DNA from: a virus
DNA length: 64,000 nucleotides
Reading direction: 5' to 3' (one strand)
Virus record (IMG/VR): IMGVR_UViG_2867359821_000001
Coordinates: 5,093-69,092 of that record
Part shown: one piece after another, positions 34,379 through 43,347 of the stretch
Position numbering within the stretch: position 1 is the stretch's first letter
Layout: each line of letters begins with the position of its first letter
Translations under genes and position numbers: made by a program
Notes under the pieces: model-generated
What the model saw: only the letters and a program-made list of their open reading frames with translations
What the model was told of the DNA's origin: nothing
Databases searched by the model: none

Positions 34379-35079
34379 CAAACCCCGTCCGCGCCGAGAT
34401 CGACGCCATCCTCGAGAAGGCAATGATCGGCGAGCCCCGCAACATGCAGCAGGCGATGGGGCCCAGTGAGATCGGGTCCGACTGCGACCACTGCGTCGCC
34501 GCCAAGCTCGCGGGCTGGGTCCAGATGGACGAGGCCGCATGGCTGCCGTGGGTCGGCACCGCCATGCACGCCTACCTCGAGGGCGTCTTCAAGAACCTCA
34601 CCGACTGGCTCACGGAAACGCGCGTCTGGGTCACCTCCGAGATTCCCGGCACGTCCGACCTTTTCCACATCCCCACCCGCACTGTCGTCGACTGGAAGCT
34701 GGTCGGCGCCACCACGCTGAAGAGCGCCAAGCGCGGCCCGACGCCGCAGTATCGCGTCCAGGCTCACGGCTACGGCCTCGGATTCTTCCGCGCCGGCTTC
34801 GACGTGCAGAACGTCGCCATCTATTACCTGCCGCGCAACGCGATCAGCCTCAAGTCCGGCATCTTCTGGTCCGAAGAGTGGGATCCCATGGTCGCACTCA
34901 ACGCGCTCGACCGCCTCGACGAGATCCGGGCGACTCTCGCGAAGTTCCGCACCACCGAAGCTCGCGATGCGTACATCAGCGGCCTGCCCCGCGCAGACCA
35001 CTGCTGGGACTGCCATCGCTACCCCGACGCCCCCAAGGCGGCGGCTCCAAGCTCCCTGGAAGCCATGATCGGCCTCTAG
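34375..35079 (+). CDS. Cas4/RecB-like PD-(D/E)xK exonuclease with Fe-S cysteines
   Basis: N-terminal SDCDHC, VVDWKLV (D-x-K), QYRVQAHGY (Q-x-x-x-Y), C-terminal CWDCHRYPD. Confidence 0.6.
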   Translation: MTNPVRAEIDAILEKAMIGEPRNMQQAMGPSEIGSDCDHCVAAKLAGWVQMDEAAWLPWVGTAMHAYLEGVFKNLTDWLTETRVWVTSEIPGTSDLFHIPTRTVVDWKLVGATTLKSAKRGPTPQYRVQAHGYGLGFFRAGFDVQNVAIYYLPRNAISLKSGIFWSEEWDPMVALNALDRLDEIRATLAKFRTTEARDAYISGLPRADHCWDCHRYPDAPKAAAPSSLEAMIGL

Positions 35080-35118
35080 GAAGAACAAAAGAATCCACAG
35101 AGACAAAAGGAGCACAAC

Positions 35119-35823
35119 ATGAACGAATCCCTCGACGACCTGCTGGCAGGCGGCGGAAAGACTGCGAAGTTCGAAACCGTCGGCACGCGCTGGAGCGGCG
35201 TGGTCACCAAGGCGGAGCCCCGCCAGGCGACGAACTTCGACACCGGCAAGCCCGACTTCTGGGACGATGGCCAGCCCAAAATGCAGGCGGTCGTCTCGAT
35301 CCAGACGGACGAGCGCATCGACGAGACCGACGACGGCGTCCGCGCCATCTACATCAAGATGTGGGGCGACCAGAAGAAGGCGTTCCGTCTCGCTGCGCAG
35401 GCGGCCGGCGGATCCCCGAAGCCCGGTGACACGTTCACCGCGACCTACATCGCCGACGGCGAGAAGCCGCAGCGTGGCTTCGCTCCGAAGATCTTCAAGT
35501 ACGAGATCCAGAAGGCCAGCGCGCTGGACGCGATCGTCAACGGCACCGCACCCGCGGTGCAGCAGCCGGTCGCTCAGCAGCCGGTCGCTCAGCAGCCGGT
35601 CGCTCAGCAGGTGCAGCAGCCGGTCGCTCAGGCGGCCCCGGTGCAGCAAGCCGTGAACGTGCCGCAGGCAGGGCTCACCGCCCAGCAGGAGGCTCAGGTG
35701 AAGCTGCTGATCGGGAAGTCCCTCGAGGACGACGCGATCGCCGCGGTCATCGACGGCGCGACGCCCCAGGCCATCCAGGCGGTGCGCCTGCAGCTCGCAG
35801 CCGCGAGCAGCAACGGCTTCTGA
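35119..35823 (+). CDS. hypothetical protein (234 aa) with Gln/Pro/Val/Ala tandem repeats; possible ssDNA-binding/recombination partner of upstream exonuclease
   Basis: QQPVAQQPVAQQPVAQQVQQPVAQ repeat; function by position only. Confidence 0.4.
   Translation: MNESLDDLLAGGGKTAKFETVGTRWSGVVTKAEPRQATNFDTGKPDFWDDGQPKMQAVVSIQTDERIDETDDGVRAIYIKMWGDQKKAFRLAAQAAGGSPKPGDTFTATYIADGEKPQRGFAPKIFKYEIQKASALDAIVNGTAPAVQQPVAQQPVAQQPVAQQVQQPVAQAAPVQQAVNVPQAGLTAQQEAQVKLLIGKSLEDDAIAAVIDGATPQAIQAVRLQLAAASSNGF
35560..35628 (+). repeat. 15-nt tandem repeat (CAGCAGCCGGTCGCT) x3 + 1 spaced copy
   Basis: seen directly inside CDS 35119..35823. Confidence 0.85.
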
Positions 35824-35884
35824 GTCACGTAGCCGGGGTCCGCGCTCGCCCGCGGACCCCGGCACTACAGAAGGGAGGGCGACC

Positions 35885-36013
35885 GTGACACTCATCGGAG
35901 TCCTGCTCGTCGCGCTGATCGTCGGCGCACTGGCAACGCTCATCATCATCACCCTCGTCGGCGCGGATCGAAAACTCCGCAGGGCCCGACGTGAATCCGA
36001 AACGGAGAAATAG
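35885..36013 (+). CDS. small membrane peptide (42 aa)
   Basis: VTLIGVLLVALIVGALATLIIITLVGADRKLRRARRESETEK; GTG after GAAGGGAGGG. Confidence 0.3.
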   Translation: MTLIGVLLVALIVGALATLIIITLVGADRKLRRARRESETEK

Positions 36014-36016
36014 ACC

Positions 36017-36961
36017 ATGTTCCTGTTCATCCTCGCGATCATCCTCGCGATCATCGCAGTCGTCGGCGTGTTCGTCGCCACATCCTCAAAGGATCTGCGC
36101 TTCGGCGCGATCATCACCACCGCAATCACAGCGCTGGGCGCCATCATCGCTATCTTCTTCGCCACCTTCTACGCCAACGGCGTCGGTGAGGCGAAGGTCA
36201 AGGTCAGCTCCGTCGACCGGCAGGTCGTCGGGACTGTTGAAGAGCCTGGATCCGGCTTCAGAGCGCCGTGGGAAGACTTCGTCGAGTTCGACCTGTTCTC
36301 TCAGGAGCTGCTGTTCGCCGGCAGTGACGGCGGCGCCCCGAGCTACACCGGCGGCACGGTCAACGGCCGCGAGATCACCGTCTCTGTCGGCGGCGTCTCG
36401 GGCGGCTCCACGCAAGCCCAAGTCGACATGACCTTCGTCTACTCCGTGAACGCCGACGCCATCAAAGAGATCTACTCGGAGTACCGGTCGCAGGAGCGGT
36501 TCACTGAGCAGATCGTGACCCGCCAGGTGCTCTCGATCTCTCGGCAGGTGCCCTCCGAGTACAGCGCCATCGAGTTCCGCGGCTCCAAGCGAGGCGAGGC
36601 CGAGACGCGCATCCTCGACGCGCTCAACGAGAAGCTGGGCAAGTACGGGGTCGAATTCTCTGCGGTGACCATTCAGGACGTGCGATTCTCTGAGGACGTC
36701 GAGAAGTCGCTCACGTCCATCGAGCAGGCCAACCAGAAGGCGCAGGAGGCCGAGGCCAACCAGCGCACGAAGGAAGTCGAGAATGAGACGCTGATCGCAT
36801 CCGCTCAGGCTGAGGCGGACGCCAACAAGATCCTGTCGCAGTCGCTGTCGGCACCCGTGCTGCAGCAGCGCTACCTCGACACACTGGCGAAGCTCGCCAA
36901 GGAGGGCAACCTCGTGGTCGTCCCCGAGGGCTTCAACGGCCTGGTGAACGTCGGCAAGTAG
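36017..36961 (+). CDS. SPFH/band-7 (stomatin/prohibitin-like) membrane protein
   Basis: N-terminal TM segments then VDRQVVGTVEEPGSGFRAPWEDFVEFDLFSQELLF... and coiled-coil C-half, 314 aa. Confidence 0.6.
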   Translation: MFLFILAIILAIIAVVGVFVATSSKDLRFGAIITTAITALGAIIAIFFATFYANGVGEAKVKVSSVDRQVVGTVEEPGSGFRAPWEDFVEFDLFSQELLFAGSDGGAPSYTGGTVNGREITVSVGGVSGGSTQAQVDMTFVYSVNADAIKEIYSEYRSQERFTEQIVTRQVLSISRQVPSEYSAIEFRGSKRGEAETRILDALNEKLGKYGVEFSAVTIQDVRFSEDVEKSLTSIEQANQKAQEAEANQRTKEVENETLIASAQAEADANKILSQSLSAPVLQQRYLDTLAKLAKEGNLVVVPEGFNGLVNVGK

Positions 36962-37160
36962 CCCAAGACCACAACTGAATACTCCGGTGAATGCACGCGT
37001 GGGGACGCGCGAGGGGAACCGGCGGCCTGGCCCTCCGAGGAACGGGCTTCACGGGCAGGAGTGCAGTAGGGCACAGCGCAGCGCGCATGCGTTACACGGG
37101 TTCGATCCCCGACCTGCCACGCAGATCAAGATCTTAAATTCGACCGAAAGGAGCAGCGTC

Positions 37161-39680
37161 ATCAATTCCATCGACAAAGCTCTGGCACTAGCCGACCTGG
37201 ACATCTACGTCTTCCCCGCCTATGAGGCGGACGAAGTCGTGGACGGGCGACTGAAGGAAGCGAAGACGCCGCGCACGCGCAGGGGTCACCACGAGGCGGT
37301 CACAGACCGCCAGCAGATCATCACCTGGTTCACCCGCTGGCCGCATGCACTCGTCGGCGTCAACGCCGGCAAGTCAGGGCTCATCTGCGGTGACATCGAC
37401 ATGGGCGAGGACAAGCACGGCAACGTGCACGACGGCTGGGCCACCCTCGTCGAGAACGGGCTGGACGAGCTGCCCGACACGTTCAACTACGAGACCCGCC
37501 GCGGCGGCAGTCACTACATCTACGAGCCAGTCGACGGGCGGTACCTGAACGGCACGAAGAATCACGTCACCCCCCAGGGTGTCGTGCTCGACTCGATCGA
37601 CCGCCGCGCCGGCTCCTCGTACTTCATCTGGTGGGGCGACGAGGTGCCCACTGCTCGCGACGAGTTCGCGCCGGCGCCGGAGTGGCTCCTCACCCCGGCC
37701 ACCGAGCCCGACTACTCCCCGTTCGGTGGCACCGCCGATGAGTGGCTCGCGAAATGCGAGCCCGGCGAGCCCGGCAGCTTCCTCCTCGAGTTCGTCGACA
37801 ACATCCCGAAGGAAGACTTCGGCCACGACGAGATGATCCAGATGCAGGCGGCCCTCATCGGCCTCGGCGCATCAGGCAAGCCCGGCGTCCCGTGGGCGCT
37901 CGACCAGCTCCGCCGGGAGTGGCTGCGACCGCCTTACGACACGGAGGTCTATCAGGCCGACTGGCTCATGGGACTCCGCGGTGCGATCGACAAGTACGGA
38001 GCTTTCGAGGGCGACATCCTGGCCGACTTCGCGGGGCCGAAGGCGGCGCCCGTGGAGATCGACTACGTGGATGCTGCTGGGCGCGTGAACGACCCCGCAT
38101 TCTTCACCGCCTGGACGTCGCTGCCCGCTGCAGTGACACCCGAGTCGCTCACAGAGCGCGTGCGGCACGTCCTCACCCTGGTCCTTGCAGATGGTGCAGT
38201 CAGCCGCCGGGAAGCCGTCGAGATCGCATGGAACGCAGCCGCGCGGAAGCACGCGGACTGCACGATTCAATCGCGCGAGGGTGTGGAGGCCCTCGCCGCC
38301 GACACGTTTCCGGGCGAGCGGCTATTCACGATGGAAGAGGCGCAGGCCCAGCCCGAACTAACCCAGGGCGCGAAGTCCAGCAGGCGCGTTCACCTACTCA
38401 AGCCGACCGAAGAGGCCGCGCTGGAAAGCATCACCTGGTGGGGCGACGGAAAGAGAGAGGAGAACTTCATGGCACGCATGCACGAGATCAACCCCGTCAT
38501 GAGCGAGGCGTACTACCGCCTGACGCGCTGGATGCTGCTCTCGCTCATTTTCGCGAGCAAGGCGGTCATCCCCGCGGAGAACGGCACCATGGTGCCCCTG
38601 AACTTCTACGGCATTCGCCTAGGCCCGTCCGGCTCCGGCAAGTCGGAGTCGCTGCAGCCGATCCAGGACATGATGGCGGCCTACTACCTCCCCGAGGAAG
38701 ACCCCGACATTGGTGGAGACTCGACGACCGCCGGCCTCACGCAGGCTCTGATTCGCAGAGACGGCCGCACGTCGTTCTTCCACGCAGACGAGGCCGACGC
38801 GGTCTTCCGCAGCTGGTCTGAGTCGCAGGGCGCGTTCAGCGGCATGAAGAACCGAATCATGGACATCTTCGGCAGCAAGGTGCCGATGCTCAACCGCACT
38901 GGGGCTAAGGAAATCTCCGGCATCCGCGCCACGGCGTACCTGTGCGTCGATCTCACCGGAGTCGACGATCGAATCACCGACGCTATCGAGCCGCACGATT
39001 GGGAGAGCGGGTTCGTCAACCGCTTCGTCTGGGCGAAGGGCGAGCGGAAGCGGATGTCCGACGAGCAGAAGATGTTCCGCATCAGAAGGCCTGGCCAGAC
39101 CGGCGGCAGAGGGATCGAGAACTGGTACGGCCAGTGGGCAGCACAGTTCCGTGCAGTCTCCGAGACCCGACTGACGTCGCCGGACGGCAAGCCGGTGTGG
39201 ATCGACATGAAAGACGATGTCCTCCTGCGAGATGTCGAGGTGCAGAACCGCTTCGAGGCGCTCGCTCAGAACAGCGCCTACCCGGAGAGACTCAGGCCTA
39301 CGTTCACTCGAATGACGATGACCATCCGCAAGTGCGCCGCGCTCGTGGCAATCACGAAGAGGCGCACTGTCATCGAGATGGAGGACTATCTCATCGCGCT
39401 CGAGCAGGCGGAGGAGTGGGTCGAGAACATCCTCGAGATGGTGGAAGCCACCGACGAATCCCCGCGGGCTCGCCAGGCCAACCGTCTCGCCGCGCTTATC
39501 GCCTCGCGGCCGGGCCGGTCCATGAAGCGCACCGAGATCCACGCGCAGAAGGGCTACGCCGGCAACTCGAAAGACACCAACTCGCTGATCGACGAACTCG
39601 TCCAACAGGGGCGAGCGGAGATCCTGCCCATCGGCAAGACCGAAGCACTCATCCGCCTCGAAGAAGGGAGCGCAGCATGA
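37161..39680 (+). CDS. bifunctional AEP primase-polymerase / P-loop helicase (DUF3987-like C-terminus)
   Basis: AEP motifs LICGDIDMGEDKHG (DxD) and GGSHYIY (sxH). C-terminal Walker A LGPSGSGKSE. Start uncertain: no canonical start near AAAGGAGCAGC; ATC at 37161 is first in-frame codon after the RBS. Confidence 0.7.
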   Translation: MNSIDKALALADLDIYVFPAYEADEVVDGRLKEAKTPRTRRGHHEAVTDRQQIITWFTRWPHALVGVNAGKSGLICGDIDMGEDKHGNVHDGWATLVENGLDELPDTFNYETRRGGSHYIYEPVDGRYLNGTKNHVTPQGVVLDSIDRRAGSSYFIWWGDEVPTARDEFAPAPEWLLTPATEPDYSPFGGTADEWLAKCEPGEPGSFLLEFVDNIPKEDFGHDEMIQMQAALIGLGASGKPGVPWALDQLRREWLRPPYDTEVYQADWLMGLRGAIDKYGAFEGDILADFAGPKAAPVEIDYVDAAGRVNDPAFFTAWTSLPAAVTPESLTERVRHVLTLVLADGAVSRREAVEIAWNAAARKHADCTIQSREGVEALAADTFPGERLFTMEEAQAQPELTQGAKSSRRVHLLKPTEEAALESITWWGDGKREENFMARMHEINPVMSEAYYRLTRWMLLSLIFASKAVIPAENGTMVPLNFYGIRLGPSGSGKSESLQPIQDMMAAYYLPEEDPDIGGDSTTAGLTQALIRRDGRTSFFHADEADAVFRSWSESQGAFSGMKNRIMDIFGSKVPMLNRTGAKEISGIRATAYLCVDLTGVDDRITDAIEPHDWESGFVNRFVWAKGERKRMSDEQKMFRIRRPGQTGGRGIENWYGQWAAQFRAVSETRLTSPDGKPVWIDMKDDVLLRDVEVQNRFEALAQNSAYPERLRPTFTRMTMTIRKCAALVAITKRRTVIEMEDYLIALEQAEEWVENILEMVEATDESPRARQANRLAALIASRPGRSMKRTEIHAQKGYAGNSKDTNSLIDELVQQGRAEILPIGKTEALIRLEEGSAA

Positions 39681-40066
39681 ACCTCACGCCGCTAGAAGAG
39701 GCCCACTGGGTCTACACGCACCGCGAGGAGTATGACCGTCAGCAGCGCTATGACGCCGCCGTCTCGCTCTCTCAGTGGGGGCGATTCTCGCTCCGTCAGG
39801 TGGCCGCGATCTGCGGGATCGCCCACTCGACCGTGAAGGTGGTCGCGGGCTCCAAGTCCGAGAAGACCGGCGGACGGTTCAACCCCGCCTGTCTCCCGAT
39901 CCTCATCGACATCCGCGGCAGAAGGGTGCGCGGTGAGGCCGTCGACGCGGACACCGTCAGGCGTCTCGTCTCCACCGGCACATCCCTCGGCTTCGCGGCA
40001 CGCCTCAGCGAAATCCCCGAGTCCTATCTCAGGCGCAGGCTCGAACGATCCGAGGAGGCAGCGTGA
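39677..40066 (+). CDS. HTH DNA-binding protein (129 aa)
   Basis: SLRQVAAICGIAHSTVKVVAG HTH-like. Confidence 0.45.
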   Translation: MNLTPLEEAHWVYTHREEYDRQQRYDAAVSLSQWGRFSLRQVAAICGIAHSTVKVVAGSKSEKTGGRFNPACLPILIDIRGRRVRGEAVDADTVRRLVSTGTSLGFAARLSEIPESYLRRRLERSEEAA

Positions 40067-40434
40067 ACGACGAGACCATGCCACTGCCCGTCTACCCGTG
40101 GCCCATCAGCGAGGCGCGCATGGCGCTGCTCCGGGAGGCGAAGGCCCGTATTGACATCCCGATCCGCGTGGTCCCTGTGGAGGCCGCTCATGGCTCGCCT
40201 GGGCGCGTTCTGTGCTTCGGCCTGACGCCGCCGTTCATGTGCAAGACGGCGCCGATTGCGCCGCAGAACGTGTTGAGCGTCGACTCGATCGAGAACGCGC
40301 TCCGGTTCTGGCTCAACCCGTTCTCCGATGAGCGTCAGTTCGACGAGGCGCACTGGATGAGCAACGTCATGGGGTGCGACGTCACCCTCGTTGCCGAAGA
40401 GGACCACACGGGCAAGGTTCGATTCGATGTCTGA
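40063..40434 (+). CDS. hypothetical protein (123 aa)
   Basis: GTG start, GTGA coupling. Confidence 0.45.
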   Translation: MNDETMPLPVYPWPISEARMALLREAKARIDIPIRVVPVEAAHGSPGRVLCFGLTPPFMCKTAPIAPQNVLSVDSIENALRFWLNPFSDERQFDEAHWMSNVMGCDVTLVAEEDHTGKVRFDV

Positions 40435-40951
40435 TTCCTGGGCACCCATCCCCGGCTGGGAGAAGCTCTACGAGGTGTCGAATGCCGGCCGGGTCCGCAG
40501 CTTGGATCGGCACTGTAACCGCGGGTTCCGAGGATTTGGCCTGGTGCCGGGTCGCCTACTGAAGGCGATCTACCGCGAGGGCTACCCCTCCGTCAACCTT
40601 CGGGATGGCGAGCGAGTGGAGCAACACGGTATCCATGTCCTCGTGGCCAGCGTCTTCGTTCCAGGCCGTGGTGAAGGGCTCGAGGTATGCCATCGCAACG
40701 GCGACCGCCGCAACCCCCAAGCTTCGAACTTGCGGTGGGGCACTCGCCAGAGCAACATCCTCGATCAGATCGCGCACGGCACACACGCGCAGTCGTCGAA
40801 GACGCACTGTCCGCAGAGACACCCGTACACCAAGGCGAACACCTACTCGCCTCCATCTAGGCCCACTGCGCGCCATTGTCGAGCTTGCATGAGAGCCCGG
40901 CACCAGGGGATCGATCCATCGTCCGTCATCGTTGAGGAGGAGATCCGATGA
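40427..40951 (+). CDS. HNH homing endonuclease (NUMOD4 + HNH_3)
   Basis: WAPIPGWEKLYEVSNAGRVRS (NUMOD4) and EVCHRNGDRRNPQASNLRWG (HNH). Confidence 0.7.
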   Translation: MSDSWAPIPGWEKLYEVSNAGRVRSLDRHCNRGFRGFGLVPGRLLKAIYREGYPSVNLRDGERVEQHGIHVLVASVFVPGRGEGLEVCHRNGDRRNPQASNLRWGTRQSNILDQIAHGTHAQSSKTHCPQRHPYTKANTYSPPSRPTARHCRACMRARHQGIDPSSVIVEEEIR

Positions 40952-41598
40952 GCCTCTCGCCCGAAGGGACCGCCTGGGACGCCTACTTCGAGAAGTACGG
41001 CATGAAGGGCACCGGCGCCAAGGCGAAAGCCGACCAGGACGAGTCCGACGAGACGAAGTTCGACCTGCTGGAGACGCGACTGCCGCTGGGCGAGCTGACC
41101 GGCACGCAGGCGCGCATCTGGTCGGAGGCCGAGCAGGCAGGCTTCGAGCTGCAGGGGTACTCGTCACTCGTGCACTTCTACGACAAGGTGCAGAAGACCA
41201 ACGGAAAGACGGCCAATGCCGGCGACATCACCAAGCCCGCGCACGACTTCCGCAACATCTTCATCGGCGGGCACCTCGCGAAGATGAAGCTGCGCTTCCA
41301 CGCGAGCTGGCTGGAGAGCGGATTCACGGCGTTCGTGTGGGATCCGGTGGGTCGCTACATGTACGCGAACTCGCGCGCCGAGGACGAGCGTGAGACCCAC
41401 TGGGTGATCCGCGGCTCCCAGGAATTCGAGCTGTGGATCGACGAATGGCGCGAGAGATTCACCGGCGACAGTCGCCGCCTCGAGAAGGAGCGCGCGGAGG
41501 CCCGCAAGCAGGCGCGACGGGACGCGATCTACCAGGACTACCTCGACTACCAAGACGGCGTCGGAAAGTACGCAGACGAGCGAGAGGAGGCGGCATGA
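40948..41598 (+). CDS. hypothetical protein (216 aa)
   Basis: ORF-track ORF. Confidence 0.5.
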   Translation: MSLSPEGTAWDAYFEKYGMKGTGAKAKADQDESDETKFDLLETRLPLGELTGTQARIWSEAEQAGFELQGYSSLVHFYDKVQKTNGKTANAGDITKPAHDFRNIFIGGHLAKMKLRFHASWLESGFTAFVWDPVGRYMYANSRAEDERETHWVIRGSQEFELWIDEWRERFTGDSRRLEKERAEARKQARRDAIYQDYLDYQDGVGKYADEREEAA

Positions 41599-41810
41599 GC
41601 AAGGTTCGACCGACACAGGGTCTGCGCAACAAGCGCGCGAGAAGGACCAAGGAGCTGGTCATCGCGCTGAACGACGAGGAGCACAAGGCGATCTTCGGCG
41701 CCGCGGCGTTCACCCGCGACTTCGCTGCTGTCTGGGCGCGAGACGTGCTGCTCTCGCGCGCCGCTGGCCTCTACAGGCAGCGGAATCTCCTGGACGGGGT
41801 CACCTCGTGA
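41595..41810 (+). CDS. hypothetical basic protein (71 aa)
   Basis: MSKVRPTQGLRNKRARRTKELVIALNDEEHKAIFG... Confidence 0.4.
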   Translation: MSKVRPTQGLRNKRARRTKELVIALNDEEHKAIFGAAAFTRDFAAVWARDVLLSRAAGLYRQRNLLDGVTS

Positions 41811-42325
41811 CCTTCCAGCTGAGCGCCGACCCCGGCAAGAACACCGGCATCTCGCTCGGATACTACGACGCCACCACGCCGTACCAGCTGCTCCAGCGTT
41901 GGCAGGTCCATCACGGGCTCGAGGGCTTCCTGCGGTGGCTCGACGCGGTCGTCGACGAGCTGGAGCACGTCGACGAGATCATCGTGGAGCGGTTCATCGC
42001 CAACCACGACGAGGACGGCGACCTCTCCGGCGTGCCGATCGAGGGCGCGATCGCGCTCTGGGCCCGCCAGATCGGCGCGGTGGTCATCTGGCAGACGCGC
42101 TTCGACAAGGGCGCACTCACTGGCTACCCGGACGACGCGGTCACCAAGGCGCAGCGTCAGCGGGTCCGGTTCGACTGGCTCGCCGAGCACGGCTTCGCGA
42201 AGGCCGGCACCGAGAACGACGACACCAACGACGCAATCACCCACGGCATTGTCTCGCTCAGGAAGCGGAAGCACATGCCGACAATCAGGGCCTTCTGGGG
42301 TCGTGGAAGGAAGGATGCAGCATGA
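41807..42325 (+). CDS. RuvC-like Holliday junction resolvase
   Basis: LSADPGKNTGISLGYY (RuvC motif I) ... DDTNDAITHG (C-terminal catalytic Asp/His). Confidence 0.5.
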   Translation: MTFQLSADPGKNTGISLGYYDATTPYQLLQRWQVHHGLEGFLRWLDAVVDELEHVDEIIVERFIANHDEDGDLSGVPIEGAIALWARQIGAVVIWQTRFDKGALTGYPDDAVTKAQRQRVRFDWLAEHGFAKAGTENDDTNDAITHGIVSLRKRKHMPTIRAFWGRGRKDAA

Positions 42326-42573
42326 AGGAAGTCTGCAGTTGCAACGCGAGCTTCGAGTACGACCGCACCGGCGGGACCATGCCAGACGACCGGGTGGAGC
42401 GTGTCCACGAGATGCTGCTCGATTGGCGGAAGAGCCACCGCCACGAGTTCGCGCCGGAGCCCGAAAGCCATCCGACGATCCTCGAGTCCAGCTCGTCGCA
42501 CGAGCGGGTCGACCAGTACCTGAGCACGGAGAACGACATCCCGTTCGGATTCACGCGGAACGAGGTTCGATGA
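42322..42573 (+). CDS. hypothetical protein (83 aa)
   Basis: trimmed from ORF 41899..42573. Confidence 0.4.
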   Translation: MKEVCSCNASFEYDRTGGTMPDDRVERVHEMLLDWRKSHRHEFAPEPESHPTILESSSSHERVDQYLSTENDIPFGFTRNEVR

Positions 42574-42761
42574 GCGTCGCGGCGAGGAAAGCGCGAAAGA
42601 GGCTCCAGCGAAGCCTCCGCCTGTTCGACCAGCGCGAGGCAGCGGCAGCACTGTGGCGCCCGAAGGCGAAGACGCCGACCGGTCGCTACGGCGATCCTCG
42701 CGGGCTCGGGTGGATCAGCGGTCCCGAGATCATGGCTCGGATCCTCGCGCGCAGGGCATAA
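42570..42761 (+). CDS. hypothetical basic protein (63 aa), last plus-strand gene
   Basis: MSVAARKARKRLQRSLRLFDQREAAAALWRPKAKTPTGRYGDPRGLGW... Confidence 0.4.
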   Translation: MSVAARKARKRLQRSLRLFDQREAAAALWRPKAKTPTGRYGDPRGLGWISGPEIMARILARRA

Positions 42762-42794
42762 CTCGCCGATATAGCTCACCTGCGCATGCGCCAA

Positions 42795-42818
42795 GCGGGC
42801 GACCCGAAGGTCGCCCGC
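42795..42818. terminator. perfect 10-bp stem / 4-nt loop hairpin (GCGGGCGACC cgaa GGTCGCCCGC) at convergence of plus and minus transcription
   Basis: seen directly; no U-tract (I-shaped, bidirectional candidate). Confidence 0.5.
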
Positions 42819-42841
42819 CCAGAGATGGGATCACGCTCCTC

Positions 42842-43315
42842 TCAGACGGCGTTGCCCCACGGGGGCGTGGTGGGGTTGCCGTCATTCTCGACGATCTGCT
42901 CAACCTGTTTGATGTAGCCTGCACCGATCGTGTCGACTGCATCCTCAGAGAGAACGACTTCGCCTTCGTTGATCACGGCGACTTCCGACTCAGGGGTGAC
43001 AGTGGCGGCGACTTCAGGCGCGACATAGACCGGCTGCGAGGAAGAACCGATCAGCCACTTCTCGGCGGCGGGCCAGCGGCGACCGATCTGCCGCGCGACC
43101 CAGTAGTAGGCGTAGATCACGGCGGCCGCCGCAATGAAACCAGCGAGCTGACGCCAGCCGGAGCCAACCTGCTCGTCGATGAAGGCGAAGAAGTCGGCCA
43201 CAGCCGGGATCTGCGCGGCGAGGAACGCCAGGAGCGAGCCCCACCACACGGGCACCGCCGTGCGGAAGTATGCGGTCGCGTCAATCTTCGGGAGGATGGG
43301 TGCGAGGTTCGTCAT
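42842..43315 (-). CDS. membrane protein (3 TM), lysis-cassette associated
   Basis: AVPVWWGSLLAFLAAQIPAVADFFAFI...LAGFIAAAAVIYAYYWV. Confidence 0.45.
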   Translation of the reverse strand: MTNLAPILPKIDATAYFRTAVPVWWGSLLAFLAAQIPAVADFFAFIDEQVGSGWRQLAGFIAAAAVIYAYYWVARQIGRRWPAAEKWLIGSSSQPVYVAPEVAATVTPESEVAVINEGEVVLSEDAVDTIGAGYIKQVEQIVENDGNPTTPPWGNAV

Positions 43316-43347
43316 GCGTTCTCCTTCTATTCAGTGGGGGTGGGTGG

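Noticed and set aside
34228-36165. 645-aa minus-strand ORF across 34.2-36.2 kb
   Set aside because: Antisense to well-supported plus-strand genes (Cas4-like, SPFH); low-complexity R/L/G composition
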